Origin: an uncultured Acidobacteriota bacterium
Lineage (GTDB): Bacteria > Acidobacteriota > JAQAZP01
Reading direction: 5' to 3'
Assembly (NCBI GenBank): GCA_963836075.1
Contig: CAWIIB010000001.1
Location: 1,984,001 to 2,048,000 of the forward strand
Length of the DNA stretch: 64,000 bases
Of this stretch, positions 1 to 9,791 are shown in pieces. The notes below the pieces were generated by a model. That model saw only the letters and a program-made list of their open reading frames with translations. It did not search any database and had not been told where the DNA came from. Position numbers and translations under genes: made by a program. The stretch's first letter is position 1. Each line of letters opens with the position of its first letter.

Positions 1-4
1 AAAC

Positions 5-739
5 ATGAACGTCCTGGATCTTGGTTGTGGCCGCGCCATCAGTTCTATTTTTCTGGCAAAAGAATTTGGCGCGAAGATCTATGCAACAGATCTCTGGATA
101 GATGCGAGTGAAAACCAGAAACGCATTGTTGAATTCGGCCTGGAAGACAAAATAGTCCCGATCACGGCCGAGGCTCATGCCCTGCCCTTTGCTGCGAATT
201 TTTTCGATGTGATTGTGGCCGTGGATTCCTACGGGTATTTCGGCACCGACGACCTGTATCTGTCCTACATCACCCGCTTTTTGAAACCTGAAGGAATTAT
301 CGCCGCGGCTTTACCAGGTTTGATGAAGGATTTCAATTACTTCGAGATTCCTGGTCATCTGATCGAGAAGCAGGAGAACGGCCATGTCTTCTGGGAACCC
401 GATTGCTTCACTTTTCATACGAAGACATGGTGGTTCAATCACTGGATGAAGACCGGACTGGTGAACGTCAAAACGAACGACACACTTGATCACGGTTACA
501 CATACTGGGCCGCACAGGAAAGAGCGTTACAGCTTGCCGAGCTCGATATCTTCCCATCAGTTGAGGAAACGCTACTGAAAGACGCCGGTCGATACATCGG
601 TTTTGTGCGAATTATCGCCGAAAAAATAAAAGCCGGGACAGAAGGCTCCATGCCCCACGCCTGGCAGCCGGAATTCAGTGCGGTTTGTGACGCCCTCTTC
701 AATGAGAGAGATGGCAGGAAAGAAAAACAGTCGCCGTGA
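5..739 (+). CDS. Class I SAM-dependent methyltransferase (probably 5'-truncated by the window edge)
   Basis: Motif I VLDLGCG at the very start; LPFAANFFDVIV and LKPEG motifs; visibly more AT-rich than neighbours. Confidence 0.85.
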   Translation: MNVLDLGCGRAISSIFLAKEFGAKIYATDLWIDASENQKRIVEFGLEDKIVPITAEAHALPFAANFFDVIVAVDSYGYFGTDDLYLSYITRFLKPEGIIAAALPGLMKDFNYFEIPGHLIEKQENGHVFWEPDCFTFHTKTWWFNHWMKTGLVNVKTNDTLDHGYTYWAAQERALQLAELDIFPSVEETLLKDAGRYIGFVRIIAEKIKAGTEGSMPHAWQPEFSAVCDALFNERDGRKEKQSP

Positions 740-745
740 TTCCCT

Positions 746-1870
746 TCAGGCAGGGATGAACTGCCGGTCGAAGTCTTTCCAGACCGGCTCGAAGCCGCGG
801 GCGGCGATGGCCGCGGCCACCTCCTCGGCGCTCCGGTCATCGCTGACGTCGAACTGCTCACCTTCGTGATCGAGGGGGTGGCTGTACCCGCCGGGGCTGG
901 TCTTGGAGCCGGCGCTGAAGCGGGTGACGCCGAGGCCGATCATGTTGTCGCGGAACTCGGCCGATTCGCGGGTGGAGAGCACCAGTTCGGCATCGGGCAG
1001 GACCAGCCGCATCGCGCAGAGCATCTGCACCATGTTCAGCGGGGTGACCTGAAACTCGGGGGCCATCTCCCGGCAGGCGAAACCCTGCAGCCGCGGGAAG
1101 CTCACGGCCACCCGGCTCTTCCAGAAACGGCGGGTGAGGTAGCGGCCGTGCATCGCCAGCAGCAGCGCCTCCACCCGCCAGTCGGCCAGGCCGAGCAGCG
1201 TGCCGATACCCAGGGAGCGGAAGCCGGCCTCGCCCCCGGCCTCCATGGCCGCCATCCTGCGGCTGAAGATTTTCTTCGGGCCGGACGGATGGTAGCGGGG
1301 GTAGATCGCCGGGTCGTAGACCTCCTGGTAGAGAGTCAGGCCATCCACGCCGGCCTCGGCCAGCCGTCTGTACCGGGAGAGCTCCAGCGGCTGGATTTCG
1401 ATGGCGATGGAGTCGAAGAGTTTGTGCAGTCCGCCCACGCATTCCAGCAGGTAGTCCAGAGTCACCGCCCGGGGGTCCTCTCCGGATACGAGGAGGATGT
1501 GGCGGAATCCTTCCTGGTGCAGGATCTCCGCCTCGGCCAGCACCTGTTCCGTGGTGAGGGTGGTGCGCTCGATCTCCAGCGCCCGGGAGAAGCCGCAGTA
1601 GGTGCAGCTGTTGGTGCACTGGTTGGAGAGGTAGAGCGGCGCGTAGAGGTTGATCACCTTGCCGAAGCGGCGTTCGGTGATCGCCGCGCTGCGCTGGGCC
1701 ATCTGCTCAACCAGCGGCTCGGCGGCCGGCGAGAGCAGAGCGGCCAGTTCCAGTTCCCCCGGCTGATCCGTGTCCAGGGCCCGCCGGACGTTATCCAGGG
1801 TGGTGGCGTACAACCGGCTGCGCAGTTGCTCCAGATCGAGCGTGGCCAGATGATCCGCGAAACCCATCAC
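746..1870 (-). CDS. thiH: 2-iminoacetate synthase ThiH (radical SAM)
   Basis: [20 protein letters not shown] (CxxxCxxC), [32 protein letters not shown]; overlaps the thiG stop. Confidence 0.95.
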   Translation of the reverse strand: MMGFADHLATLDLEQLRSRLYATTLDNVRRALDTDQPGELELAALLSPAAEPLVEQMAQRSAAITERRFGKVINLYAPLYLSNQCTNSCTYCGFSRALEIERTTLTTEQVLAEAEILHQEGFRHILLVSGEDPRAVTLDYLLECVGGLHKLFDSIAIEIQPLELSRYRRLAEAGVDGLTLYQEVYDPAIYPRYHPSGPKKIFSRRMAAMEAGGEAGFRSLGIGTLLGLADWRVEALLLAMHGRYLTRRFWKSRVAVSFPRLQGFACREMAPEFQVTPLNMVQMLCAMRLVLPDAELVLSTRESAEFRDNMIGLGVTRFSAGSKTSPGGYSHPLDHEGEQFDVSDDRSAEEVAAAIAARGFEPVWKDFDRQFIPA

Positions 1871-2661
1871 TGACCGCCCTTTTCCTCGCGGAGGAACCCG
1901 GTGAGCGGGCTGGAAGCACGGGCCAGCCGGCTCTCGCCCCCGGCCCCGGCCTCGCGGCCCAGCACGGCCGCCTCCACCGCGCCCTTGAACGCCCGGGCCA
2001 TCATCACCGGGTCCCCGGCAATGGCGATGGCCGTGTTCACCAGCACCGCGTCGGCACCCAGCTCCATGGCCTCGGCGGCGTGGGCCGGCGTGCCCAGCCC
2101 GGCGTCCACCACCACCGGCACCCCGGCCTGCTCGACGATGATCTGCACCTGGTCCCGGGTGCGCACCCCGCGGTTGGAGCCGATGGGTGCGGCCAGCGGC
2201 ATCACCGTGGCGCAGCCGGCATCCTCCAGGCGCCGGGCCAGCACCGGATCGGCATTGATGTAGGGCAGCACCACGAACCCCTCGGCCACCAGTTTCTCCG
2301 CGGCCTTCAGGGTTTCCACCGGGTCAGGCAGCAGGTAGTTGGGATCCGGGGTGACCTCCAGCTTGAGCCAGTTGGTCCCCGAGGCGGCCCGGGCCATCCT
2401 GGCCAGCCGGATGGCCTCGTCGGCATCGCGGGCGCCCGAGGTGTTGGGCAGCAGGCGGTACTTGCTGAAATCGAGGGCGGAGAGGGTGGCGTCCCCGGGG
2501 CTGCTGAGGTCCACCCGGCGCAAGGCCACGGTGACCAGTTCGGTGCCCGAGGCGAGCACCGCCTCGGCCATCACCGCCGGCGAGGGAAATTTCCCGGTGC
2601 CCAGAAAGAGGCGGGATTTTAGCTCCTGGCCGTCGATGACCAGCGGTTTGAGTTCTTTCAC
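1867..2661 (-). CDS. thiG: Thiazole synthase ThiG
   Basis: [56 protein letters not shown]. Confidence 0.97.
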   Translation of the reverse strand: MKELKPLVIDGQELKSRLFLGTGKFPSPAVMAEAVLASGTELVTVALRRVDLSSPGDATLSALDFSKYRLLPNTSGARDADEAIRLARMARAASGTNWLKLEVTPDPNYLLPDPVETLKAAEKLVAEGFVVLPYINADPVLARRLEDAGCATVMPLAAPIGSNRGVRTRDQVQIIVEQAGVPVVVDAGLGTPAHAAEAMELGADAVLVNTAIAIAGDPVMMARAFKGAVEAAVLGREAGAGGESRLARASSPLTGFLREEKGGQ

Positions 2662-2667
2662 GGTATA

Positions 2668-2871
2668 CTACCCCCCGCCCACGAAGTGGACGATTTCCAG
2701 TGTGTCGCCTTCGCCAAACACCACGGTCTCCCAGTCGGTTTCAGGGTCGAGGAACTGGCCGTTGTGCTCAATGGCCAGGTTGCGGTCCCCGATCCCGAAC
2801 TGGTCCAGCAGTGCGGAGAGGCGCAGCCCCTCCTCCACTTCCCGGTCTTCCCCGTTGATCGTGATATTCAT
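2668..2871 (-). CDS. thiS: Sulfur carrier protein ThiS
   Basis: 67 aa, MNITING start, ends GDTLEIVHFVGGG; between thiF and thiG. Confidence 0.95.
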   Translation of the reverse strand: MNITINGEDREVEEGLRLSALLDQFGIGDRNLAIEHNGQFLDPETDWETVVFGEGDTLEIVHFVGGG

Positions 2872-3776
2872 TTCGCCTCACCGCCGCCGCACGGATCCTC
2901 GCCCAGCAGCAGCCGAAGAATCAGGTTCGCCTGGTGGCCGGCGGCCACTGCCACCCGCGGGGCCAACAGCCCCAGCCCGGGACGGGCCGAGGACACGTGG
3001 TCGCCCACCAGGTAGACGTTGTCAAACACCCGGCGGATCCCGATCTCCTGCGACGGTCCGTGGCCGGCGATCCCGGAGACGGTGACCAGCGGCGTGCCGG
3101 GCAGTTCACGCCGCACCGCCAGGGTCATTTCCCGTTTCATCTCCGGGTCGTCAAAACACTCGGCCAGCACCGTGCAGCCGGCAAAAACCTCAGGAAGGTT
3201 CTCCCGGGTCAGGCGCATGTCCCGGGTTTCCACCGTCACGAACGGGTTCATCCGTTCGAGATTATCCCTCAACGCCTCCACCTTGGGCAAACCGATCTGG
3301 TCGACAAAAAACTGCTGGCGGTTGAGGTTGCTCGGCTCCACCAGGTCGTAGTCCACCAGCAGCAGCCGCCCCACGCCCAGCCGGGCCAGCGAAACCGCCA
3401 CCGCGCTGCCCAGGCCGCCGCAACCGGCGATGCCCACCCGGGCGCCCTTCACCGAACGGAGGATCCCCGGACCATGACGGGCCGCCAGCTGGGCCTCCAT
3501 CTCGGCCGGATCGGGCATCCGGCCCCGCTCGATGAAAACCACCTCGTCGCCTTCCTCCAGCGGACAGTCCCCGCCGGCCGGGAAGCCGTTGCGGATGACG
3601 ATATCGGCATCGCGGTTCACCAGGTCGCGCAGCGCCTGGAGCCAGAGCCCTTCGCTCACCTCCATCGGGCGCTCGTTGACCTTGACCGTGATTCGTCTGG
3701 ATTCCGAGTTCGAAATGTCCCGCCTCCAGAGGATGTCAGAGGCCGTTGCACCAGAAGACAGGCTCACCTCGGACAC
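2868..3776 (-). CDS. thiF: ThiS adenylyltransferase ThiF with N-terminal ThiS-like ubiquitin domain; start uncertain (GTG 3776 or ATT 3716)
   Basis: GIAGCGGLGS, DYDLVEPSNLNRQ, AECFD, APRVAVAAGHQAN; N-terminal ITVKVNE...LEEGDEVVFI domain. Confidence 0.92.
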   Translation of the reverse strand: MSEVSLSSGATASDILWRRDISNSESRRITVKVNERPMEVSEGLWLQALRDLVNRDADIVIRNGFPAGGDCPLEEGDEVVFIERGRMPDPAEMEAQLAARHGPGILRSVKGARVGIAGCGGLGSAVAVSLARLGVGRLLLVDYDLVEPSNLNRQQFFVDQIGLPKVEALRDNLERMNPFVTVETRDMRLTRENLPEVFAGCTVLAECFDDPEMKREMTLAVRRELPGTPLVTVSGIAGHGPSQEIGIRRVFDNVYLVGDHVSSARPGLGLLAPRVAVAAGHQANLILRLLLGEDPCGGGEAK

Positions 3777-3782
3777 CTGATC

Positions 3783-3811
3783 AGAGTAGCCCCGGGGGAG
3801 GGGGCTGTCAA
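3783..3811 (-). promoter_or_regulatory. Sigma70-type promoter of the thi operon
   Basis: TTGACA-17 nt-TACTCT on the minus strand, -10 element ending 7 nt before 3776. Confidence 0.7.
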
Positions 3812-3887
3812 CGGAAAGAAACCTGAAATGCGGGCCGCTTAGGGATGCCGGCCGAAGTGTGGCTGAAGTCGTGAACAGATCGCGGTT

Positions 3888-6389
3888 TCAGTCCAGGGCC
3901 TGGCGGACGCTGCGCAACAGCTCACCGCGGTTGAACGGCTTACGCAGCAGGTCCAGCCCTTCGTCGAGTATGAAGCGGGTGTGGATCGCATCCTGGTTGT
4001 AGCCGCTGGAAAAGAGGACTTTGGCGTTCGGCCGGAACTCCCTGATCTTATCGTACAGCTCACGGCCGTTCATCTTCGGCATCACCACGTCGAACAGGCA
4101 GAGGTCGATGTCGTTGCGGTGGCGGCTGAACAGCTCCAGCGCCTCGGTGCCGTCGGAGGCCTGGATCACCGTGTAGCCGGCGACCTCGAGCACCCGCAGG
4201 GCATAGGCTCGAACCATCTCCTCGTCCTCGGCCAGCAGGATGGTTTCCCCTCCGCCCGCGGCCGGTCCGGCCGGCGCAGGTTTCACCGCACCCACTTCGG
4301 CGTCCACCCGGGGCAGGCACACCCGGAAGGTGGTCCCGCGGCCCGGCTCGCTCTGCACTCCGATACAGCCGTCGTGCTGGGTGACGATGCCGTAAACCGT
4401 GGCCAGGCCGAGGCCGGTTCCCTGCCCCACCTCCTTGGTGGTGAAAAACGGCTCGAAGATCTGCCGCTGGACCGTCTCGTCCATCCCGTGGCCCGAATCG
4501 CTGATCGAGAGCTGGACCTGCGGATCGGACAGACGTTCCTCGTGCTTCGTGCAACACTCGCAAGCCCCCACCGTGTTCCGGGTCTCGATCACCACCCGCC
4601 CGCCGTCGGGCATGGCATCCCGGGCGTTAACACAGAGGTTCATCAGCACCTGCTCCATCTGACCCGGGTCAGCATTGACCACACCGAGATCGGACCCCGG
4701 ATTGAATTCCAGGTCGATGTCCTCCCCGATTCCCCGCTGGATCAGCTTGAGCAGCCTGGCGATCACGTCGTTGAGATCGAGGGCCACCGGGCTCAGCACC
4801 TGCTGGCGGCTGAAGGCCAGCAGTTGCGTGGTCAGTTCGGCGGCGCGCTCCCCACCCTTCACCACCTGCTTCAGGCTGGCCTTCACCTGCTCCTGGCTCT
4901 GCGGTTCGGAAAGAGCCAGTTCGGCATGGCCCAGAATGGCCTGGAGAAGATTGTTGAAGTCATGGGCCACACCGCCGGCCAGAAGCCCGATGGCCTCCAT
5001 TTTCTGTGAGTGGCGCAGCTGCTCCTCCAGGCGTTCCTGTCCGGCCAGCAAGAGGGCGTTGACCAGGGCCACCGCGGCCTGGTCGGCCAGACCCTCGAGG
5101 AGTTGCACATCCCGATGGTCAAAGGGCCGCCCGTCCAGGGCATCGTGGATCTCGAAACATCCCAGCAGGTCGCCGGAGCGGCCGACGATCGGCACGTCCA
5201 CCAGCTGGCGGAACCCCAGCGCATCCCGCACTTCCTGGATCACGTGGGGGTCCGATGCGGCATCGTTGGAGAGGTAGGGCCTCCGGGTCTCGATGATGTG
5301 GCCCGGAACGCCTTCGCCGGGGAGAAAGCGCAGGGCAATGGACTGGATCGTCCCGCCATCGTTGTACTCGGTGAACACCATCGCGCCATCGCGCATCAAA
5401 CCGGCGCCCCCCGACTCGGCCCCCACCAGGGCCAGAGCGGTGGAGACCAGTTCACGCATCACCGACGGCACCACCAACTCGGCATTCAGCCGCTTGGCCG
5501 CGCCGAGGAGCAGTCCCATCTGCTCGGTGCGCAGGTGAAGCGCCCGCTGCCGCTGCAGGGCCACGTGGAGCAGCCAGGCCAGGATGGCCGCCATCAGGAG
5601 GCTGGCCGCCAGCATGAACTCGTCCACCACGGTCCTGTTGGCGGCCAGCAGGGCCGCTGAAGGCGCGATGACCAGGATCCAGGGCTTGTCCACCACCCGG
5701 ATACGAACCTGTACCTGGAACGGCCAGTCGTGATGATTCTGCTCCCCCACATGGTGGCCATGTATGGGTCGCCAGTCCTCCTCGTGCAGACAGTAGCGGA
5801 ATCTCTCGTAAAGATCCGTCTCCGAAAGACAGCTCTCCACCAGGGTCTGCACCAGGAACACTCCGTTGATATACCCCAGGGGCTCGCCCGAAGGGTCCCG
5901 TACCTGCTTGTAGGTGACGAAGCCCTTCGCCCCCTGAAGCAGGTCGATGACCGTGGTCCGGGTGATACGACCGGTTTCACCGGCCAGGGTGATTGCCGGT
6001 ACGACCCCGGGGTCGGGATGGAAGTGCAAGTCTTTGTTCAGCGCCTGCTCGTTTCCCTCGGCGGGGACGGTGATGCGGATCACCCACTGGCGATCGATCC
6101 AGTTCAGCGCCTTGAAACCGGGAAAGGCATGGAGGAAGCGGTATGCTTCGTCGGAAAAGGCCTGGGGAGATCCGCCCAGGCTGGTGTGCCAGCCGCCGGC
6201 CAGGTGGTCGACAATGGCCGCCCGGGTATCGATCCAGGCTTCCAGCCTCAGCCGGACCTGTTCGGCGGTGACCTTGGTCTCCACCCGGATCCTCTTGCTG
6301 TCATCGTGGTCCAATTTCCACCAGAGCGTGATCGCCAGGGACGCGGCAAGGAGAAAGACGAGGAGCGGCAACACCGTCTCACGGCCCAT
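3888..6389 (-). CDS. Hybrid sensor histidine kinase (TM-CHASE-TM-GAF-HisKA-HATPase-REC)
   Basis: H-box [14 protein letters not shown]-box [31 protein letters not shown], receiver LAEDE/DVVMP/KPF; start [10 protein letters not shown] chosen before first TM. Confidence 0.92.
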   Translation of the reverse strand: MGRETVLPLLVFLLAASLAITLWWKLDHDDSKRIRVETKVTAEQVRLRLEAWIDTRAAIVDHLAGGWHTSLGGSPQAFSDEAYRFLHAFPGFKALNWIDRQWVIRITVPAEGNEQALNKDLHFHPDPGVVPAITLAGETGRITRTTVIDLLQGAKGFVTYKQVRDPSGEPLGYINGVFLVQTLVESCLSETDLYERFRYCLHEEDWRPIHGHHVGEQNHHDWPFQVQVRIRVVDKPWILVIAPSAALLAANRTVVDEFMLAASLLMAAILAWLLHVALQRQRALHLRTEQMGLLLGAAKRLNAELVVPSVMRELVSTALALVGAESGGAGLMRDGAMVFTEYNDGGTIQSIALRFLPGEGVPGHIIETRRPYLSNDAASDPHVIQEVRDALGFRQLVDVPIVGRSGDLLGCFEIHDALDGRPFDHRDVQLLEGLADQAAVALVNALLLAGQERLEEQLRHSQKMEAIGLLAGGVAHDFNNLLQAILGHAELALSEPQSQEQVKASLKQVVKGGERAAELTTQLLAFSRQQVLSPVALDLNDVIARLLKLIQRGIGEDIDLEFNPGSDLGVVNADPGQMEQVLMNLCVNARDAMPDGGRVVIETRNTVGACECCTKHEERLSDPQVQLSISDSGHGMDETVQRQIFEPFFTTKEVGQGTGLGLATVYGIVTQHDGCIGVQSEPGRGTTFRVCLPRVDAEVGAVKPAPAGPAAGGGETILLAEDEEMVRAYALRVLEVAGYTVIQASDGTEALELFSRHRNDIDLCLFDVVMPKMNGRELYDKIREFRPNAKVLFSSGYNQDAIHTRFILDEGLDLLRKPFNRGELLRSVRQALD

Positions 6390-6480
6390 AAAACGAAGTC
6401 GTGCCGTTGGTCTCCTGTTGGTCAACCTTTCCCCCGATGAGGACGCCACAGGGCAATTGTGTGGAAAACACAGATAACAA

Positions 6481-6509
6481 AGAGTATCTGAATCCCGGCC
6501 CACTGGCAA
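6481..6509 (-). promoter_or_regulatory. Sigma70-type promoter of the kinase gene
   Basis: TTGCCA-17 nt-TACTCT on the minus strand. Confidence 0.55.
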
Positions 6510-6512
6510 CAC

Positions 6513-6537
6513 AAAAGAGCGGCCCGATGAGCCGCCC
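6513..6537 (-). terminator. Intrinsic terminator
   Basis: GGGCGGCTC-ATC-GGGCCGCTC-TTTT on the minus strand. Confidence 0.65.
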
Positions 6538-6645
6538 GTAACCATTGGTGATGGATGGGAGGATGAAGTAGAAGCCGATAGTCATCGCCAACTGTTTCTG
6601 GCAAACAGAACGGGATATACGGGTCAGACGGAGCTGGCGCAACTA

Positions 6646-7413
6646 CTAATCTTTGAGTTCCTCAGCCACGTCCCTCGCCTGGTCAGGCGATATTTTCCGG
6701 GCCGACCACTCGCCGTATTCGGGACGGCCGGTTCCGATGAGCTTGGACTTCCAGGTGCCGGTGATTTCCCCACTGGTCCCGTCGAATGTGCCGTCGATCC
6801 ACAGGTCGTCGCCGTACTCGGCATCGGTCCGGGTCAGTTTCACCGCATCACCCACAAGTGTGCCGTGCAGCGAACCCTGGGTCCCGCTGCTCATGCGGTA
6901 TGTCCCATTGATAACCGTGCCGTTCATGGTCAGTTTCATCAGCCCGAAGGCACCGGCAAAAGCCGTGGCCGCATCGATCTCCCACACACCGTCCAGACGC
7001 TCCGTCTGGACCAGGGACCGGTCATTAATCAATTCCAGTTCCTGCCCCAAATGATCCAGCCGGTCCAGGCTGCCGTAAATATTGGTTCGGAGTTCGGAAG
7101 ATGCCCGCAGCCGTTCCATCGCCGTTTCCCGGGCAACGCTCAGATCCCCCTCCAGTGACCGGAGATCCGAAACGGGATAATTTTCATCAAACAGCGCCTG
7201 GTCCATCTGTTCGGCAAGTTCCATCAGGCGCTGCAGGGCCTGGCGGTCCAGATCCCGGGCCCGGGCATACCTATCGCTCTCCTTCTCCAGCAACGAATTC
7301 TCAAGGTGGAACGAAGATTCAAGAGCATCGCGTGTCTGGCCGGTGGCCGGCAGAGCGATAGTACAGGCGAGCAGGACGACCACCACTCCGATCCTCTGGT
7401 TGAGCTTGAACAT
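6646..7413 (-). CDS. Exported hypothetical protein (helical N-half, beta-rich C-domain)
   Basis: GGAG RBS, signal peptide MFKLNQRIGVVVVLLACTIALPATG, E/L/R-rich helical region, G-T-Y/G-T-F/G-T-W beta motifs. Confidence 0.7.
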   Translation of the reverse strand: MFKLNQRIGVVVVLLACTIALPATGQTRDALESSFHLENSLLEKESDRYARARDLDRQALQRLMELAEQMDQALFDENYPVSDLRSLEGDLSVARETAMERLRASSELRTNIYGSLDRLDHLGQELELINDRSLVQTERLDGVWEIDAATAFAGAFGLMKLTMNGTVINGTYRMSSGTQGSLHGTLVGDAVKLTRTDAEYGDDLWIDGTFDGTSGEITGTWKSKLIGTGRPEYGEWSARKISPDQARDVAEELKD

Positions 7414-7479
7414 GGATGACTCCTTTTTCTCCAATTCTGTCGTAAAGTTCTTGTCTTGTGAAAACCCCTCGGCCACCGG

Positions 7480-8181
7480 CTATTCGGACCTGCGCTGAGA
7501 GATGAAAACGGAAATCAGGTAGGCCACCACCACACCCACATAGAACTGTCCCATCACGCTCTGGATAATCACCAGCCGTGAGGCCAGCGGCAGCTGCGGT
7601 GTGATGTCTCCATACCCCAGGCCGGCCTGGGTGACGAAACTGAAATAGACGAACGGACTCGTCTGCTCCATGCTGAATATCCCGGTTGCCGGACCGAACG
7701 AACCGGGGACAGCGTTCTCGAGCATTTCGTAGACAAAGGCCCAGGTCAGGCCGATCATCATATAGAGGCTGATTGTGCCCAGAATCTCGTTGGCCGTGAC
7801 CTCCCGGGCCACGAGGAGCGAGCGCAAAATCAAGTAGCCGCAGTAAGAAAGCGCGAGGAGCAGCAGCACCTGGAGCAGGGCGGACAAAGGCCCGCGGTTG
7901 AAGGTGCGCCACCAGCTATAGTCGGAAAACCAGAATATTCCCACAATTCTCATCACCGCCGGAAGCGCCACCACGGCGACGGCCACCTGGGTCCGCCGCC
8001 GCTGGCCGTCCAGCAGCAGGGCCGCAACAGCCACGGCGCAAAGAAAGGAGACCGCCGTCAGTTCCGACGGCGTGAACGGCTCGATGAGGATGATCACCAG
8101 TATGACGGCCAGCATGGCGGAGTGCCGGAGCGTGCGGATCTCCTGACTCTGAGGACCTGTTGAATTGAGATTTCCTGTCAC
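7480..8181 (-). CDS. Potassium channel family protein (Ion_trans_2 pore)
   Basis: Several TM helices; pore segment YFSFVTQAGLGYGDITP. Confidence 0.85.
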   Translation of the reverse strand: MTGNLNSTGPQSQEIRTLRHSAMLAVILVIILIEPFTPSELTAVSFLCAVAVAALLLDGQRRRTQVAVAVVALPAVMRIVGIFWFSDYSWWRTFNRGPLSALLQVLLLLALSYCGYLILRSLLVAREVTANEILGTISLYMMIGLTWAFVYEMLENAVPGSFGPATGIFSMEQTSPFVYFSFVTQAGLGYGDITPQLPLASRLVIIQSVMGQFYVGVVVAYLISVFISQRRSE

Positions 8182-8325
8182 GCTGATTCGCCTCTGGGGA
8201 TTCGCACGGCACCGCCATAAAGTGGTGCCTTCCTTGAAACATCATAGAGGACGGTATTTGGGGAGTCAACGAACGCCGGGTCAACAGGAAGCGGCGAACC
8301 GATCGCTCAACAAACAACCCGGAAT

Positions 8326-8354
8326 TTGCCTGCTCGGCGCAAAGCAGCTATATT
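8326..8354 (+). promoter_or_regulatory. Possible sigma70-type promoter
   Basis: TTGCCT-17 nt-TATATT upstream of the 8517 gene. Confidence 0.45.
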
Positions 8355-8516
8355 ATATGGAGGCAGTAAACATTTTGGTGGCCGGCACTGTCCGGGCACC
8401 TGTATCTCAATGTCTCGACCGTGTATATCCACAGCGCGCCGGCACAAGGAGCTGTACGGGGATACCCGCCGTCATCAGCCCTGGCCAGCGGCGTGCAGGC
8501 CAACGGATCTCCGATC

Positions 8517-9740
8517 ATGTGTCACCGGTCCTTCCCCGGTATGATCCTGCTGTCCGCCCTGCTGCTCGTCCTGGGCGCCGGGCCATTGTCTGCCGACTCG
8601 CCCTGGAACATGCACGTCATCGACGGCAGCCTCACCGGCGCAGACGGGGTCAAGATCAAGGACATCAACGGTGACGGCCATCCCGACATCGCCAGCGGCT
8701 TCGAAGAAGGCAACGAGGTCCGCGTCTATCTCCACCCCAAGTATGCCCGGGTCACCTCACCCTGGCCCGCGGTCACCGTGGGCCAGGTGAACGGGCCCGA
8801 GGACGCGGTGTTCGTCGACCTGGACCGCAACGGCGTCCAGGACGTGGTCAGCTGCACCCAGAGCAAACTTGGCGGACCGACCAACGCGCTCTTCGTCCAC
8901 TGGGCCCCGCCCGACCCGGACCGCTACCTCGATCCCGAAGCCTGGACCACCGAGGTGATCCCGGCCAGCCAGGGCCGGAGCTGGATGTACTGCGAGCCGA
9001 TGGTGGATGGCGGCGCCATCCGGTTGGTCTGCGGCAGCAAGAACCGGGACGCCGCCATCGGCTACTTCACCGTCATTGGCAACTCTCCGGCCGACTGGGC
9101 CTGGCATCCCCTGCGCCGGGCCGGCTGGGTGATGAGCCTCGAGATCACCGACATGGACGGTGACGGGGACAAGGACGTGCTCTACTCGGACCGCAAGGGC
9201 GCCGACACGGCGGTGGGCTGGCTGGAGAATCCCAGCCACCCCGACGGGCTATGGGCCGACCATGTCATCGATTGCAGCCTCGGCATACCGGACCGGATGG
9301 GCCTCTACATGTTCCTCACCAGAAGCGACATCGACAATGACGGCCTGGTGGACGTGGTGACCGCGGTGCGCCAGCGGCGCATCCACTGGCTCCGGCGGCT
9401 GAACGACTCGGGCGACTCCTGGGAAAAGATCCTCATCCCCGCCCCGGCAGAGGCCGGTTGCGTCAAATCGGTGGCCGCCGGTGACCTGGACGGCAACGGT
9501 ACGGTGGACCTGGTCTTCTCCTGCGAGCAGGCGGACAACCGGCCGGGGCTGATGTGGCTCTCCCGCGACGGCCCGGGCCAGGACTGGACGGCCCACGACA
9601 TCGGCGGGCTGCCTGGACGAAAGTTCGACCTGGTAAGGCTGGCCGACCTGGATGGCGACGGCGACCTGGACGTGATCACAACCGAAGAACGGACCATCGA
9701 CGCCGTATTGTGGTATGAGAATCCCTTGACCGGCCGCTAG
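8517..9740 (+). CDS. Secreted FG-GAP/VCBS repeat beta-propeller protein
   Basis: Signal peptide; repeated DxDGDGxxD loops (DINGDGHPD, DMDGDGDKD, DLDGDGDLD); ends WYENP. Confidence 0.85.
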   Translation: MCHRSFPGMILLSALLLVLGAGPLSADSPWNMHVIDGSLTGADGVKIKDINGDGHPDIASGFEEGNEVRVYLHPKYARVTSPWPAVTVGQVNGPEDAVFVDLDRNGVQDVVSCTQSKLGGPTNALFVHWAPPDPDRYLDPEAWTTEVIPASQGRSWMYCEPMVDGGAIRLVCGSKNRDAAIGYFTVIGNSPADWAWHPLRRAGWVMSLEITDMDGDGDKDVLYSDRKGADTAVGWLENPSHPDGLWADHVIDCSLGIPDRMGLYMFLTRSDIDNDGLVDVVTAVRQRRIHWLRRLNDSGDSWEKILIPAPAEAGCVKSVAAGDLDGNGTVDLVFSCEQADNRPGLMWLSRDGPGQDWTAHDIGGLPGRKFDLVRLADLDGDGDLDVITTEERTIDAVLWYENPLTGR

Positions 9741-9791
9741 CGGGCCCGCTCACCTTTCCCTCTGATCCGTTTTCCAATAGAATTCTGCGCC

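Noticed and set aside
3735-3770. Plus-strand GAGGCCGTTGCA..CAGGCTC resembling an SAH riboswitch; nearby ACCTGATC resembling TPP
   Set aside because: Wrong strand for the thi genes; pseudoknot partner and other core elements missing
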